From: Eledone cirrhosa | Taxonomy: Eukaryota | Assembly: GCA_964016885.1 (NCBI GenBank) | Contig: OZ024759.1 | Span: 36,022,001-36,086,000 of the forward strand | Direction of reading: 5' to 3' | Length of the DNA stretch: 64,000 bases | Part shown: in pieces, positions 1 through 38,235 of the stretch | Layout of the letters: every line of letters starts with the position of its first letter | Numbering within the stretch: position 1 is the first letter of the stretch | The notes under the pieces: model-generated | The model's database searches: none | Told to the model about the DNA's origin: nothing | The model's input: only the letters and a program-made list of their open reading frames with translations | Position numbers and translations under genes: made by a program

Positions 1-341
1 TACTGTGAAAATACAATAGTATATATAGAGTAATGTAAATGTTATGTGAGATATTATGTGAGGTAAAACCTTTACTGTGAAAATACAATAGTATATATAG
101 AGTAATGTAAATGTTATGTGAGATATTATGTGAGGTAAAGCCTTTACTGTGACAATACAATAGTATATATAGAGTAATGTAAATGTTATGTGAGATATTA
201 TGTGAGGTAAAACCTTTACTGTGAAAATACAATAGTATATATAGAGTAATGTAAATGTTATGTGAGATATTATGTGAGGTAAAACCTTTACTGTGAAAAT
301 ACAATAGTATATATAGAGTAATGTAAATGCAAAAGGGTTAA
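1..341 (+). repeat. 72-bp tandem repeat derived from the right end of the TTAA/CCC MITE
   Basis: Unit tactgtgaaaatacaatagtatatatagagtaatgtaaatgttatgtgagatattatgtgaggtaaaacctt, at least 4 copies, ending in the TIR aaatgcaaaagggTTAA. Confidence 0.9.
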
Positions 342-385
342 ATGATGATACAAAGACTGGACTGTATTGGAAAACAGTAATTCCT

Positions 386-6510
<6,125 letters not shown>

Positions 6511-9232
6511 GCTTCCTTCAAGTGTGAAAAGCTACGTGGAGTCAATATAAACTTTTACTTGGCTACTACATCGAAACGAAATATTTTCTTTAAATTGCAA
6601 TATTCCAGTTTATGTAGTAGTGTTGTTGCTTCTTAGTCTTCCACCAGTTATTTCTGGGAAGATCCTGAGACAGAATCCTTAGACATGCTTTCCAGAAGGT
6701 TTTTTTTATCGGAAGCAATCATCTCCAAATGATCCAGCTGGATCTCCAAGCGGGACTAACCGAGTTTATCTCTGGGTCTCCTCTCATCTTTTTTTTTTTA
6801 TTATTCTAATACAAATTTTGATACATCTTTAATTGACTCGTAGCTCCGAAATTTACCGAGGTTAAAATTTACAGTACATTTTCCCCAACAATTGTACCCC
6901 TATATTACATAACAGTTATCATACGCAAGAAGAGGTACGACAATTTGATCTCAGCTATGTTTCGTTTTCCGCTACAGCCAATTATATTTCTGTTGTTACC
7001 CAGGCATTGCGTGGAGTGAAAAAACGAAAATCCAGTAAGGTTTTAATTTCAGTGATGTGCAGTGCCAGACTTATAGATAAGAGTAAGAAAATGGAAATGT
7101 AAAAAGTATTTGCAAAATTTCAGCATTATGCTAAGTATCTGTAGAACGTCGGACAGCATGATTTGCGGCATAGAGTTACGTCCCTTTACATTCCGAGTTC
7201 AAATCCCGTCGAGGTTAGCTTTGCGGGGTCGATAAAATAAAGTACCAGTAATGCACTGAGATCGATTTAATCGACTTTCCCGTCTCCCCAAAATTGTTGG
7301 CCTTGTGCCTAAATCAGAAACCATTATCCTATTCTTGTTTCAACAGAAAATCAATATTTCTCTGGCTACATAGTGTTTCTTATATGATAAGAATTTTTTA
7401 TTGATTTATTTCTTTTGTAAATTGTGTTTTTATGTACAAGATATTGTTTTAAATAAAGAATATTCTGAAGACTATTGTGAGACGCTTTAGAGCAAAAGAT
7501 AAGGTAACAACCAGGGACTGAAACTGGTGGTAGTTTCAATCCCTGGTTGAAACTATTTTAAAATATGTCCCTCGGGGAAAGTAGTATGAACATAACTTTT
7601 TCTTTCTGTACAGCTTTAAAGTAGAGGGACCTCATAATGAGTCGTTTAATATATTTAAATTGTGGTGTATTCGTTTCATTTTACAAAAAATATTCCCAAT
7701 TTTGAATTTAACGGTGTTTAGAAAGAGTATACACATTTAAAATATTTTTTAAATATTTGCATTGCAAAAAGAAAAGAAATCGCAAACAAGAAAAGGAACA
7801 AATTAAATTTAATTTATAAGAAAAAATGTTGGGTATTTGATACGATTTTTCATTGATATAATTTACTTCTTAAACAAATCTACAATTTAATTGAAATCTC
7901 TAAAGGAAAACATATTGAAGTAGATTTGTCATTATTGACACCGTTTCATTGAGCGCCAGGTTCTTGTTCACAAATTAACCGATGTTAAAATAATTAGGTG
8001 AGGATATACACACTTATGTTCAGCAGAATTGTGTCTTTTTATTTGAATTATTTTTATAGTTATGTCTAGAAATTACTTAAATGATGCCCATTATTTCTTT
8101 GTTTTGTTTTTTGTTTATAGTCGAGATTATTTTTACGCGTGTACCTGTCTTTCTTCTTCTATCGTAAATAAATTGGTTTAATTAATTAGTATTTGAAGCG
8201 GAGAGGGGGAAAATAAGTTAGAATCCTACGACAGACATAGAACTATATTCTTGAGTAATACAGGTCTTTTTCAGTAAAGATAACTAAGAATATTTTTGTA
8301 TTCCATTTTACCTATAATTGTTGACATAACTTTAGCTTAATGACCACCGACTTTCCTCAGAATTTTCTTAATAATTCATACTTTTTAATGAAATTTTGCA
8401 GAGATACATTTCTCGTGTTGTAGATTCCTATCATGTTGCTGGAATTGTTTAATTTAAAAAAAAATACTTTTATAAAGAATATGATCGCGAATACAAGCGG
8501 CCGAAATGGGGTTCTCCGAAGGGTCTTTGGACTAACGTTACTCGATAAAGTGCTTAACGCAGAGATCAGGGAGTCACTCTAGGTAGAGCCACTACTTCTC
8601 CGAATTGAGTGATCACAGCTCCGATACTATGAGCATGTGGTTAGAATGTCTCAGGAAAGAATCACTGGCGTCACTCCAGATAGAGCTGCTACTTCTCTGA
8701 ATTGAGAGATCACAGCTCTGATACTAAGGACGTGGTTAGAATGTCTCAGGAAAGAACCGCTGGACAGATTTTACGGATTTCTTGTCATTTTGGTGGCTCA
8801 CCTTATTAAATTCTTAGGTGATGCTTAGTTATTCTAGCAACTTAGCCTCGCTATCATACACAGTAATGCCACCAGTGTCTTGACTAGCCTCAACATTTTC
8901 TAAAGGGGAACGCCAACATTCCCTAGTGTAGTGGTTTATTGACTGTACACATCGATTTTTAGTTTTGTAAATTATATTTATTATATAAATTGTGGTTATA
9001 TGTAAAAAAATAAAACCAATAAAAATATTCCAGTGAAAATCTTCATTTGTTATTTCTTGGCAGCTGTTCCTAATTGTTTTGTTTTTTTATAATTTCAGAA
9101 TTATTTGAGTAGTTCTATTCTGTGAGTGATGGTTAGTGTTTGCTGAAGTTGAACACAGTCTCACACAGCCATTCCTCTCTGCTGGAGCAGGAGACTTATT
9201 CATCTGTTAAGAACTTTAAATAACTGACAAAC

Positions 9233-26869
<17,637 letters not shown>

Positions 26870-27779
26870 TACTCAGAACTCCACATCATCATCATCCTGG
26901 ATAAATACGAAGAAAAAAATAGCTTTTCATCATTCCTTTTTGATTGATTTCAACAGTAATAAAGAATTTATCATTTTTTACTTTTAGTGTTTTCATCATT
27001 ATTATCACATCACCATTTCACGTTTTCCATGTTTGTATGGGTTTAATGGGAGCAGGGGTCTTCTGATCTGAGACTAGACAGGCCTGAGGGCTACGCCTTA
27101 TTCATAAATTCTATTTAATCTTGATTTCTATGGCTGGATGTTACTCCGAACTCATATAAGGAAGAGAAATAAAAAATATATATTGTTTATATACTTTGCT
27201 GCACATAAGTGTTTTAAAACTTAGAATTTAGGTCTTGTTCTGTCCAAGAAATACAAGACTTCCAATAAAATATTCTCCCAAGAAAAAAAAAGGGATAACT
27301 GTAAATGTTTTTTTTTTAACCGTTTAGCATTTACATTACTCTATATTTACTATTGTATTTTCATTGTAATGGCTTTATCTCATATAATTATCTCAAATAG
27401 TATCGAATCTACGAGATTTTGAGAACAATGCCTTAACATAAGTATGAGTGGCTGGTTATGACTAGTTTGAACAGAAAGAGTTGAGAGAATTCTGGCTGGA
27501 TATGTTTAAATGCTAAAGGACGAAATGTTAGAATTTAGGTCTCATTCTCTCCAAGAAATACAAGACTTCCGAGCTATGTACTTTATCGAGTAATATTACT
27601 CTAAAGACACTCCGGACAAACCCCTTTTCTGCCGCTTCTATTTGTGATTCTTCGTTAACTAATTGAAATGGAGTGTATTTAATTAGAAATACAATCACGA
27701 AAGGGTCAATAAATTAAAATATGACCAAAAGAAGAGACACATCTTCATCGACTTATTTCTAGGAGGATCGTGAGGGCAG

Positions 27780-27960
27780 AGTTCATCAAGCATGCCTTCT
27801 AGGCCAGAGCATAGCAAAGGAGCAAAATACCTTTCTTTTCTAAGGAACCTTGGATTAGCTGCGACAAATGAGGTAAGGCATTGTCACGATGCAGCTGCCA
27901 GTTTTACAAGACGCACAATCGGGACCCTTGCATCATCAAACTGCATCACAGAAGACTTCC
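27780..27960 (-). pseudogene. Decayed mariner-family transposase fragment
   Basis: The minus strand reads ...NWQLHRDNALPHLSQLIQG..., similar to the mariner WxLHHDNAPAH motif. A second relic at about 28450-28550 (+) reads NQLVVEDRRRTMNDMAD...GSVQAIL, similar to the mariner HTH region. Confidence 0.6.
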
Positions 27961-28170
27961 AAATAGTTCAATGGGGAGGAGGAGGAGGATTGAGTATTTC
28001 TACTCAGAGTTAATTATATTACTAAATGATTATAAACTCCAGAGTAACAAGACTCACCACTTAGCAAAGAATATTATCAAACTCTACTTCGGTATTGAGT
28101 ACTCATTCTCGTGTCAAAATCACACACACACACATATATGTGTGTGTGTGTGGACGTAAGAGGATGATGG

Positions 28171-28214
<44 letters not shown>

Positions 28215-29281
28215 GTCAAGTACGAAATTTGTAGAAATTGGTTTTTTTTCTACCAAATTTCTACAAATTTCATACTTAACGACCCAATATATATATCATC
28301 ATCATCATCGTTTAACGTCTATCTTCCACGGTAGCATGGAATAGATCTACACACATATATATATATAAGTGTGTGTGTGTATATATATATAGAGAGAGAG
28401 ATAGTTATATATGTATATATATTTGTATGTGTGTGTATATATATATGTCGAGAAAATTAACCAACTTGTGGTTGAGGATCGTCGGAGGACAATGAACGAT
28501 ATGGCTGACTCTGGTCTGTTGTAGGGCTCCGTGCAGGCAATCCTCGAATGTGTATAGTTTAGAGATTGTAACATCAAGTTAGTGTTGGTTCACCAAAGGG
28601 ATCACTCGGTGTGTAGTCCCCAGTATGTACTTTGGGGTTATACTAAACAGTATGGGAATCATTCCGCTAACAGAAGTCTGATGAGATTTTTATTCCAGAG
28701 TCGGGCCCGATCGATACAGATCAAACCTTGAACTGCTCAATCGCAAAACAGGCGTCACACCTGAATAAACGTAATGAAAATTTGACACCTTGTCCATGTT
28801 CCCGTCGAAGTTAACTTTGCCTTTCATCCTTACGGGGTCGATAAAATAAAGTACCAGTAATGTACTGAGTAATTGGTGGCTTTGTGCCAAAAGTAGAAAC
28901 ATATAATATATATATACGATCCCGTTAAGGGTGAAAGCAGCGATTCTTTCCTTAAACTTTAATCTCTTATTTTAATAAATATTTTTCTACGGTTTTTATA
29001 CATATTTATATATATATTTATCTTTATCGAGCCCTCTTCGGATTTTAGTCTTCACATTTATTATTATTACTATATATATATGCACACTATCTTATTTTCT
29101 TTTAATAAATTTGTCTTATTCCCTAACTATATATGTAACACATTAACATTTATTTCACAAAGTGACTAGATAACTGTAGAGAATCGAAACCACATCGCTG
29201 ACTCAGTTCATAGGAAGTTTTCTCCTTACAATGTTTATTATTCTTTTTATTTTTGTCTTAAAAGAAAGAAGAAAAACAAAC

Positions 29282-29322
29282 TTTGAATTAGTTGAAAACT
29301 TCCGGTTAAAGTTTGGCGGGAA
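29282..29322 (+). promoter_or_regulatory. Candidate UNG proximal promoter (CHR-like, ETS and E2F motifs)
   Basis: TTTGAA at 29282-29287, ACTTCCGG at 29298-29305 and TTTGGCGGGAA at 29312-29322, clustered 90-130 bp upstream of the ATG in otherwise AT-rich DNA. Motif match only. Confidence 0.5.
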
Positions 29323-29409
29323 TTTTATGGGTGAAATCGAGCACATGTCATATTATTAAAGTGGTTTATGTTGAACTGTTTATGTTTTGGTAAAACTAAT
29401 ATTTTAGCA

Positions 29410-32400
29410 ATGCCTGGACAAGTGAAAATATCTTCATTCTTTACAACTTCTGCTATAAAACGAGCCAGGGCTCCTTCATCGGTAAGTGAAAGAAACAATA
29501 TAATATATATTTATATAGTTATATTATTGGTTTCGGGGTATTATTGATGTCAAAGGTAAAAGATAGACACACACACACATTTCTATATTAAACTTGTAGT
29601 TTACACTCTACTAATGTATTAAGTACCTTATTTACTGTGGGACTCATACACATACATACATATATATATGTAGAAGTTATATTTAATTTATTGGGATACT
29701 ACAAGCAAATATTTTATAACTGATATAAAGCACTCAACAAATTATTGGAGTAAAAATACGATATATTAACAAATGGAAACTATATATACATATATATATT
29801 AACTATATATATATATATATAACTATATATACATATATAGTTTTTTGGATTTGTTTAGCAAGATTTCTTCTCTGAAAACTTGTGTTGAAACAGATATAAA
29901 AGTATAACTATATATAGATATATATAAGTTTATCCCGGGTCCCTGATGATTTCTCCCGAATGAAACAGTTCTAGTCCTGTAGAAGCCATTTATATATATA
30001 TATGCGTGTCGTTTTCTTTATATCTGTTTACTTTTGACATACATGTATGTGCGACATTAGTAACCCCCCCCCCCCCCCCCCATCATAACAGTAATATTAA
30101 GAGCGGTGGCCGATAACATAATTTTCTACTTTTGGCACAAGGCCAGCAATTAATCCATGGTATTACTGGTACTTTATTTTATCGACCCTGTAAAATAAAG
30201 TACCAGTAATACACCTTGTGCAAAATAATGTACCAGTAACATACCGTCATTCAATCGACTTCCCTTCAAATTGCTGGCCTTGTGCCAAAGGTAGAAACTA
30301 TTGTTTATATCATTATTTTAAGGGCGGTGGATTGGCATAATCGGTAGAGCGTCGCCGAGGTTAACTTTGTCTTTCATCCTTACGGATGTCGATAAAATAA
30401 AGTACCAGTAATGCACTGGGATAATTGCTGGCCTTGTGCCAAAAATAGAAACAATTATTACTATTGGCAGTCGTTAAAATGTCAGTGTTTGTCCTGGCTC
30501 TTTACGTTCTGATTTCAAATCAGCTTTACTTTTCATCCTTACGAGGTCGATAAATAAAGTACCAGTAATACACGGGTCGATTTAAAACGCCCCCCCCCCC
30601 CTCTAAAAATGGTGGCCTATTATTATTATTATTATTATTATTCTGTTGCAATATTTCAGGTATCTAAAGTTGTCGCCAATGATGAGAATTCTGAGCCTCA
30701 AAAGTGTTTGAGTGACGACCAAGTTTCTAAAATTGAGCAGAATCGTTTAGAAGCTTTAGCCAAACGTCAGAAGCTTAACACCAATGGTTTGATGGTTGAT
30801 GTGGGGGATTCTTGGTTAAAACTTCTGCAACCAGAGACCAAAAAAGACTATTTTCAATCGGTATTGATTCATCTATTATTGATTTTTGTTATTGTTTTCT
30901 GGGTGGAATAGGGGTCATACTGGTGCCATGACAAGAAACCACTCTGTAAGATGGTAGTGCTACTGACATGAAAAATATTCCTAGTATGTACTGTAAGGTG
31001 GTTGTACTGGTGTCATGACAAAAGGGCATCAAGTCCCTCTTGTAAAGTGATTGTGCTGGTGTCATGATGAAAAGACACCCAGTCCACCCTGTGATATAGT
31101 TGGTGCTAGGAAGGGCATCCAGCTGTAAAACCCAAGTCAAAAACGTAGTGTATGACCTATTTGGCCGCAAAACATCTAATCTATTCAAGCATGGAAAATA
31201 GACATGGCCTAATGATAAGGGTGTTGGACTTATGACAATGTCATGGGTTGATTCCTGGACTGGGTTGTGTGTTGTGTTCTTGAGCTGGGGGTTTAACCCT
31301 GTGATGGACTAGCATCCTGTCCAGGGTGGTGGGGTGGTCTTGTACTCTGTCACTTAACACCCTGGAAACCAGGATAAGCACTGGCCTGATGGTCTCCAAG
31401 CTCAAGACAGACTTTAGGCTGCTGTTCTACCAGGTTTAAAATGCTGAATATGTACCATATATGTCAGTGGACCTACAGTTTCCCCAGGAGTTATGGGTCT
31501 GTAAATACATACATTTATAGTTTACCTAATGCTCTTCATTTTTCTCCCTCCCTCCTTCTAAGTTCAGCGTTTATGTCATCTAGAACCTATGGTGTTGTTG
31601 TTGTTGATAATATTCTGCGGTGCTAAAATTGCTCTTTTTTTTTTTTTTTTTTTTTTTTCCCCCATTTTGTTTCATTGTACAATATTGTAGCTGTGTAAGT
31701 TTGTTGCTGCAGAGAGAAGTAAATACACCATCCACCCCCCTGCTGAACAGGTCTTTTCTTGGACACAGTTTTGTCCCCTTCAAGACGTAAGGAAAATTTT
31801 TTTTGTTTGTTCTTTTTTCTTTCCAGCCCTCCACCTCCCTCCCCAACCCTCCACTTCTTTCATTTATAAACTAGAAGTCAGTATGGCATTGGATTAAATC
31901 CTTTGCTTTGGCTTTAGTTATTAAAATACCCGAGAAACCTCCTATGAGATACAACCTTGTCATGGACCAATTAAACCTACATATCAGCGAGCTGCTCAAC
32001 ATTACCAAACTTAGACCAATTACATCAATTGTCAAGTCAAGAGTACTCAAACTATACGGCCATATAAAAAGATCAACTCGTGGTGTGAGTAGGTTATGCC
32101 TGGAAGGAAGGTTGGCTGGTAAGGGAAGCAGAGGCCAGCAGCCAAAACGATGGCTTGATAATGCAAACTTATGGACTGGACTTGATCTCTGCTGCTGGTG
32201 GTGATCGAACTTTGTGGAGAGAGATATCACATGTTTATGCACAGTCTGTAACTGGTGGAGTTTAGAGTCACAAAAAGGTGTGAGCTGTAACAACAGCAAT
32301 GACAAAATATATGTGTCATAGGACTGGAGCTGCTAACATTAAAATACCCAAGAAACCTCATATGAGATACAACCTTGTCATAAACTGATTAAACCTTACA

Positions 32401-34408
32401 TAGGTGTGACTGGAGCTCCTAACATTAAAACACCCAAGAAACCTCATATGAGATACAACCTTGTCATAAACTGATTAAACCATACATAGGTGTGACTGGA
32501 GCTGCTAACATTAAAACACCCAAGAAACCTCATATGAGCTACAACCTCGTAGGAAGCCAACTAAGCTAGAAAACAACTTAATACTGTGAACTCTAAAATT
32601 TCTAAAATTCTATTTTCAGATCAAAGTGATAATTGTGGGACAAGACCCTTATCATGGCCCGAACCAGGCTCACGGTAAAGTGGATGTTGTTATGTTAGTA
32701 GGGTGGTGTGGGGATGGTAGTGCTGTGGTGGTGGTGTGGTGTTGAGCAGACTTCTTATGCTCAGAGGTTATCTAGATATAACTATCTTGTCTTTCAATGA
32801 AAGAGGCATTGCTTCAGTTAGAATATTTCAAGAGGGCAGGGTGTAATTTGAGGGATATTTGGCTGCTATTGTTTGGGTTTTTATTTTATCATTTCATTGA
32901 GATACCTACATATTAGAGACATTTACTTTATAAAGTTGTTAATTAAGGTATATATATATATATATGTGTGTATGTATGTTTACATCTGCGCTTATTTATA
33001 TGAATATGTGGTACAATATGTATGTATATGAGATAAACTGTATTAGATAAAATTTAGTTTATATATATATATAAATAAATAATTATATATTTATTTTTTC
33101 AGGTTTGTGTTTCAGTGTGAAATCTGGAGTTAAAGCCCCACCAAGGTAATAACATTTTATGTCTGGCCCTTTTCATACTGAACCACCCTAAATCCACCCT
33201 GGGTTCTATTTTTCAAAAAGATTTTCCATTGTAATTTTATGTATGAAATATGGTAATGAAACCGTGTCTGATATCATTTTTCTATTTACAGTTTAATGAA
33301 TATTTATAAAGAACTTTCAACAGATATTCCTGATTTTCAACCTCCAAACCACGGAACACTTACTGGCTGGGCAAAACAAGGTAAGTTTATTTGATGAAAT
33401 AACTGGCTTGAACAACCATGAAATTATACTACTACTAATATTACTTCAAGGCCACCACTTTTGTGAGAAAGGAGAGATAGTCATCACTATTTAAACCAGC
33501 TGTAACTGGCCAGAATTCTCTCACATCTTTGTTCAAACCGGCCGTAACCAACCACCCATACTGATGTTAAGGTATTGTCTCATAGATTCAATATTATGTG
33601 ATATAAAGCCTTTACTGTATATCTATAGAATAATGTAAATAAGGGGTTAAATGATTTGTATGTTTTGTTTCTGCTTGTTTATAACTGAGGTGTTCCTTTT
33701 ATCTTCCAATTTTCAGGGGTCTTACTTCTCAACTCCTGCCTGACCGTCCAAGCTTCCAAGGCCAATTCCCACAAAGACCGTGGCTGGGAACAACTTACTG
33801 ATGCAGTGATCCGATGGCTCAACGATAAATCTTCAGCTCTTGTCTTTGTCTTGTGGGGAGCATATGCGCAAAAGAAAGGTGCTTTTATAAATAAGGTTGG
33901 CAATATATATATATATATATCACTTCTTTATATTTGGGGAGGATCATGTTGTCCTATTATTGCCCCCAAATAGTAAAACACACTGTTTGGTTTTCACTTC
34001 ACTTTTAGTATATATATTTTTATATTTCCATAAATAATTTAGCTGGCAATCAGTGATTGACCAATTAAAAATAATTTCTCAGTTCTTTCGTCACACATTT
34101 TGCTGTGATTACTACTACTTCTGTGTATGTTTATATTCTATCTTTTCTATTTCTCATTCTATTTTCCAATGAAAATCTTAGTTATGCGGGGGTGTTCAGG
34201 GTTTTTTCCCTACAGCAGAGTGGTAAAGACTAGAGGTATTACATCGTCATATCTTTCTTTCCAGAAGAAACATTGTATTCTGAAGAGTACCCATCCATCT
34301 CCTTTGTCAGCCCATAATGGATTCTTTGGTTGTAAGCATTTCTCCAAATGTAATGCCTATCTTGAAGAACAAAACAAAAAGCCTATTGACTGGACGACTG
34401 TTCTGTAA
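29410..34408 (+). CDS. UNG: Family-1 uracil-DNA glycosylase, 8 exons, about 292 aa
   Basis: Exons: 29410-29481, 30660-30860, 31691-31786, 32620-32674, 33103-33145, 33292-33380, 33717-33895, 34265-34408. It has an N-terminal PIP-box (QVKISSFF), an RPA-binding-like helix ([17 protein letters not shown]) and the catalytic motifs GQDPYH, AHGLCFSV, PPSL, GVLLLN and HPSPLS. Confidence 0.96.
29942..29990 (+). ncRNA. Hammerhead-like motif, family C
   Basis: C CTGATGA T TTC TCCC GAA T GAA ACAG TTCTAGTC CTGT A/ GAAG, with stem III ACAG/CTGT and a GUA triplet; stem I is poor in this copy. Other copies are at 44379-44425 (-, stem I TTTC/GAAG) and 49371-49414 (-). Confidence 0.5.
31990..32215 (+). mobile_element. 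RTE-clade LINE ORF2 C-terminal relic in UNG intron 3
   Basis: [18 protein letters not shown]...[19 protein letters not shown] resembles the RTE C-terminal pattern (rLkWfGHv.R...GkR.RGRp..rW.D). A similar duplicated relic is at about 8530-8770. Confidence 0.65.
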
Positions 34409-36003
34409 ATAAGAGAATCAAGTTTTTTCAGAAGATTTTATTCTTAACATCCTGTACCAAATGAAACCTCATTAACAAAACATTCCTGAAAAATACGAAA
34501 CAGCACCACATTAAATATTTCAGTCTATAATAACCTGTCAAGTAGTAAAGATACTATAAACATTTGAATTAAAAAAAAAAAAACAGCACTGTGACAGCAT
34601 CACTTAAATATTAAAATCTATATTCTGATACTGCAAATGAACCGTCAAGTTGTAAAGATACTATAAACATTTGAATTAAACGAGCAAAATAACACTATGC
34701 TTCACCTTAGACATTGAAGTCTACTACAATACTGCAAATTTTCTCAGTGATCTGTCTGTTAGTAAATATTTGAATCAACAAACCTGTTTTTAGACATTTT
34801 CTACTAAATCATTACAGGATTTTATCATGTTTCCATGAAAGACTTTTTTAATTTTTTCATTTCAACCATTTCTCCAATAAATACTATAAAATTTGAAACC
34901 ATTTTAGCAAACTTGTTTCTAGTTATTTCCTACTAAATCATTAAGGCATTCACTCTGGTTCTCTTAGGTCAACTTTGCCTTTCATCCATTCGAAGTTAGA
35001 AAAAAAAAAAAAAAGTACCAGCGTAGTACTGGGGTCAATTCTTAATCTCTCATTTTTCTCTGGCCTGGAGAGGCTCTGCCAGGCTAAGAAATGCATACTT
35101 ACTAAATCATTACAGAAAGTTCATTTTTTTTTCTTCGTTGCATCTCCAAAGTGAGCAGAAGATAGACTTTATTTAGTTTTACAGTGAAGGTCAGTCATGG
35201 GTTCTGTCACAACACCAAATGGAATCCTAGATATTCTGATGTATTGTAACAAGTGTTAATCCTTTAACATTTCAACCAGCCAGATGTGGCCGGAATTCTC
35301 ACTTCTTTCTGTTCAAACTGGACATAACAGGCCACTCATACTGACGTTAAGGTATTGTTCTAAAAAAAAAAATCTAAGATTAACCCTTTAGCATTTACAG
35401 AAAGGGGTTTAAGTGTTTTTATAACACCTTTCATCATAATTTTACATAAGAATCTATGACAGATGGTATTCTTGTAAATTTTTCATTATTTTCAAAATTA
35501 ATCAAATCAAAACAAGCAGTTTATCTCAATAGAAACTCGAAAACGAAAGGGTTAAAAAACTTAAAATTTTATTCCCAGAAGTGATCCACTCCAATTTTGA
35601 GTTGAGAATATCAAACTACATTGGTCCAGTGTTTATACAAAGGATTTTATCAGTTCAGACAATAAAAAAAAAAAAAAAGTGGGATTCATTAAATTAAAGT
35701 GACATGATTTCTGTGTTGAATGTCAACCTCAGGTGAATATATCACCATTTCTCATCACATTTGCTACAACCATTTCTCTATTAACAAGCAAGACATGGTC
35801 ACCTCACCTGTCTAACCTCATAACAGTGATGGTCAATCTAAACCATTCAAGCATGGAAAGTAGACATTAAATGGTCATAGTTATGATGATAATAATAACC
35901 AAAATAGGAATATCAGATCAGGCTCCTGTGAGAGTTCAGTGGAGCATGAACGATAAAGAGAGGAGACAAAACTGAAGATGATCAACGTCCATCTTTGGTT
36001 TCA

Positions 36004-38201
36004 TTAAAAGAAATAATCATCTTGGATAGAATCTGTATGAGGATGCACTCCACGTTCTAATAGTGCTTTCTTCTTCCTTTCTTCCTCTTCCAGTTGTCTT
36101 AGTTGTTGTTCCCTTTGCATCTCAAGAATTTCATCAATGGAGACCTGCTCCAAATCCTGATTGTTTTCATTTTCAACATCCTAAAAAAAAAAAAAAGAAA
36201 ATTATCCGTTATTTAAAATTTATCTGTCTAACTCCCTTTTTTCTGTAGGAACCTAACCCCTACATCTCTACCACAGTGTGCGTCCAACTTGTCCCCTTCT
36301 GTAGGGATGTCACCCCTGCCTCTCCTCTACCACAGTGTGTGTCCCCAGCTCTCCTTTTTTCTGTAGGGACCTAACCCCTACATCTCTACCACAGTGTGGT
36401 GTTGTGTCCAAGCCCTCCTCTTATATACTCAACAATACAAACAAATTATGAATGCAAATCTTAAGAGTTACTTACAATCTCTCCTAATAAAACCACATTT
36501 TCTCCACGGATAATGAAGATTCCACGTGGAATGTCACCATATTTCTTTCCAACATGAATCCGTTCAATTGTTCGATGAAGAACGAGGTTTGCTGTAATAA
36601 AGAAATTAGAGAATTTAACAATGCACCCAGTACACTTTGTAAAGTTGTAGAGCTGGTGCGACAAACATACACTCTGTAAAGTGGTAGTGCTGGTGCCACA
36701 ATAAAATGTACCCAGTACAATTTGTAAAGTGGTAGTGCCGGTGCCATAACAAAATGCTACCACTTAAAAAACCAGAATTAGTAATTTAGTTTACATATTG
36801 AAACCCCAACTCATCCTATATATTTTATAACATATGAGATTTCTAGTAATGTACATTTTTTTGTCATGTATAATATTTTTTAATGACTAAAGAAAATTAA
36901 TTGCCGCAGGCAGTGCCAGATTTAGGACGAGGCCCTGTACTACTTAAATCATGAGGCCACTTTGAAAGATTGACATTTGAAAATTCTTTTGGCAGGAAGA
37001 TGGGTACCCCTGGTTAATGGCACCCTGTGCTTAGGCACACCTAAGCACAGTGGTAAATCTGGTACTGGTCGCAGGAATGCTACCACTTAAAATAAAAATT
37101 TCACCTGAGATAGATTAGCAAAATTTAATAAGCAATGTTGCGGGTGGGGTGAGGATCTGAAATTTAATAAGCGGTGGATTATAAAATTTTACCAAATTGG
37201 TCGACACTTCGTAGGAAACCAATCAGTGTCCGTCCATCTCTGAGAACGACTAGCAGCTTTTCTGGAAGACAAACAGAAAACATAGTTAAGTTCTACTAGA
37301 GGAGCCAGTATACGTTGGAGGAGGGGCAAATATATGGTGGTTGGAGTGTGTGAAAAAAAATGTGAATTGCTCCATAAGTAGTAGCCATATATAGGAAAAG
37401 ATTCAGAGCTCCGGCCGTTTCGACAGCTATATATATAAGTAGTAACACGACAGTTAGTTCACCATACCGAGAACAAACTCGTCCCATGGACCGAGTGCTC
37501 TACTACTACGGATATCAACAGCTAGTTTCAGAGGTCTGGAACTAGCTGTTGAAACGGCAAGAGCTCAACCATCGGGGTTCCAAATCTTTATAATATAACC
37601 ATACTCTACTACGCCAAGTACCGAGTACTCTGTTGAGTAATGGTCTAACAAGTTTCAAACTGAATCCATCCTGATATATATATTTGTGTGTGTATATATA
37701 TATATATATATACAATGATATTAAATAAATGGAAACCATATTTATTCTATTATATATATTTCAAGGGTACCAAAACTTTGGTACACTCTCATCAGATAAA
37801 ATACAAAGTTTGTTTTATAAATGTTGATATAGCCAAGAAAAGATACATTAACGGTTCAAGTTTTTCTTGGATAGTATATATATATATATATATAACGAAG
37901 GAAGTGTGGTAAGGAACCAGGTGGACCATAACGCACCATAGTACTCGATAATTTGGGTAGTAGAGTGGGTAATAAGAAAAGGTTCAGGACCCCGACGGCA
38001 GAGCTCAAATAGCCGTCGAAACGGCTTGAGCTCTGCCGTCGGGGTCCTGAACCTTTTCCTATATATATATATATAGAGAGAGAGAGAGATGTGCGTTTTA
38101 ATTAAAAGAAAAGAGCAATCGAAATATAACGTGGGAGTTGATAATATTTATATTATTAACACGCGTAGATAAGTCAACCTATTATTATATTTGTACATGT
38201 G

Positions 38202-38235
<34 letters not shown>

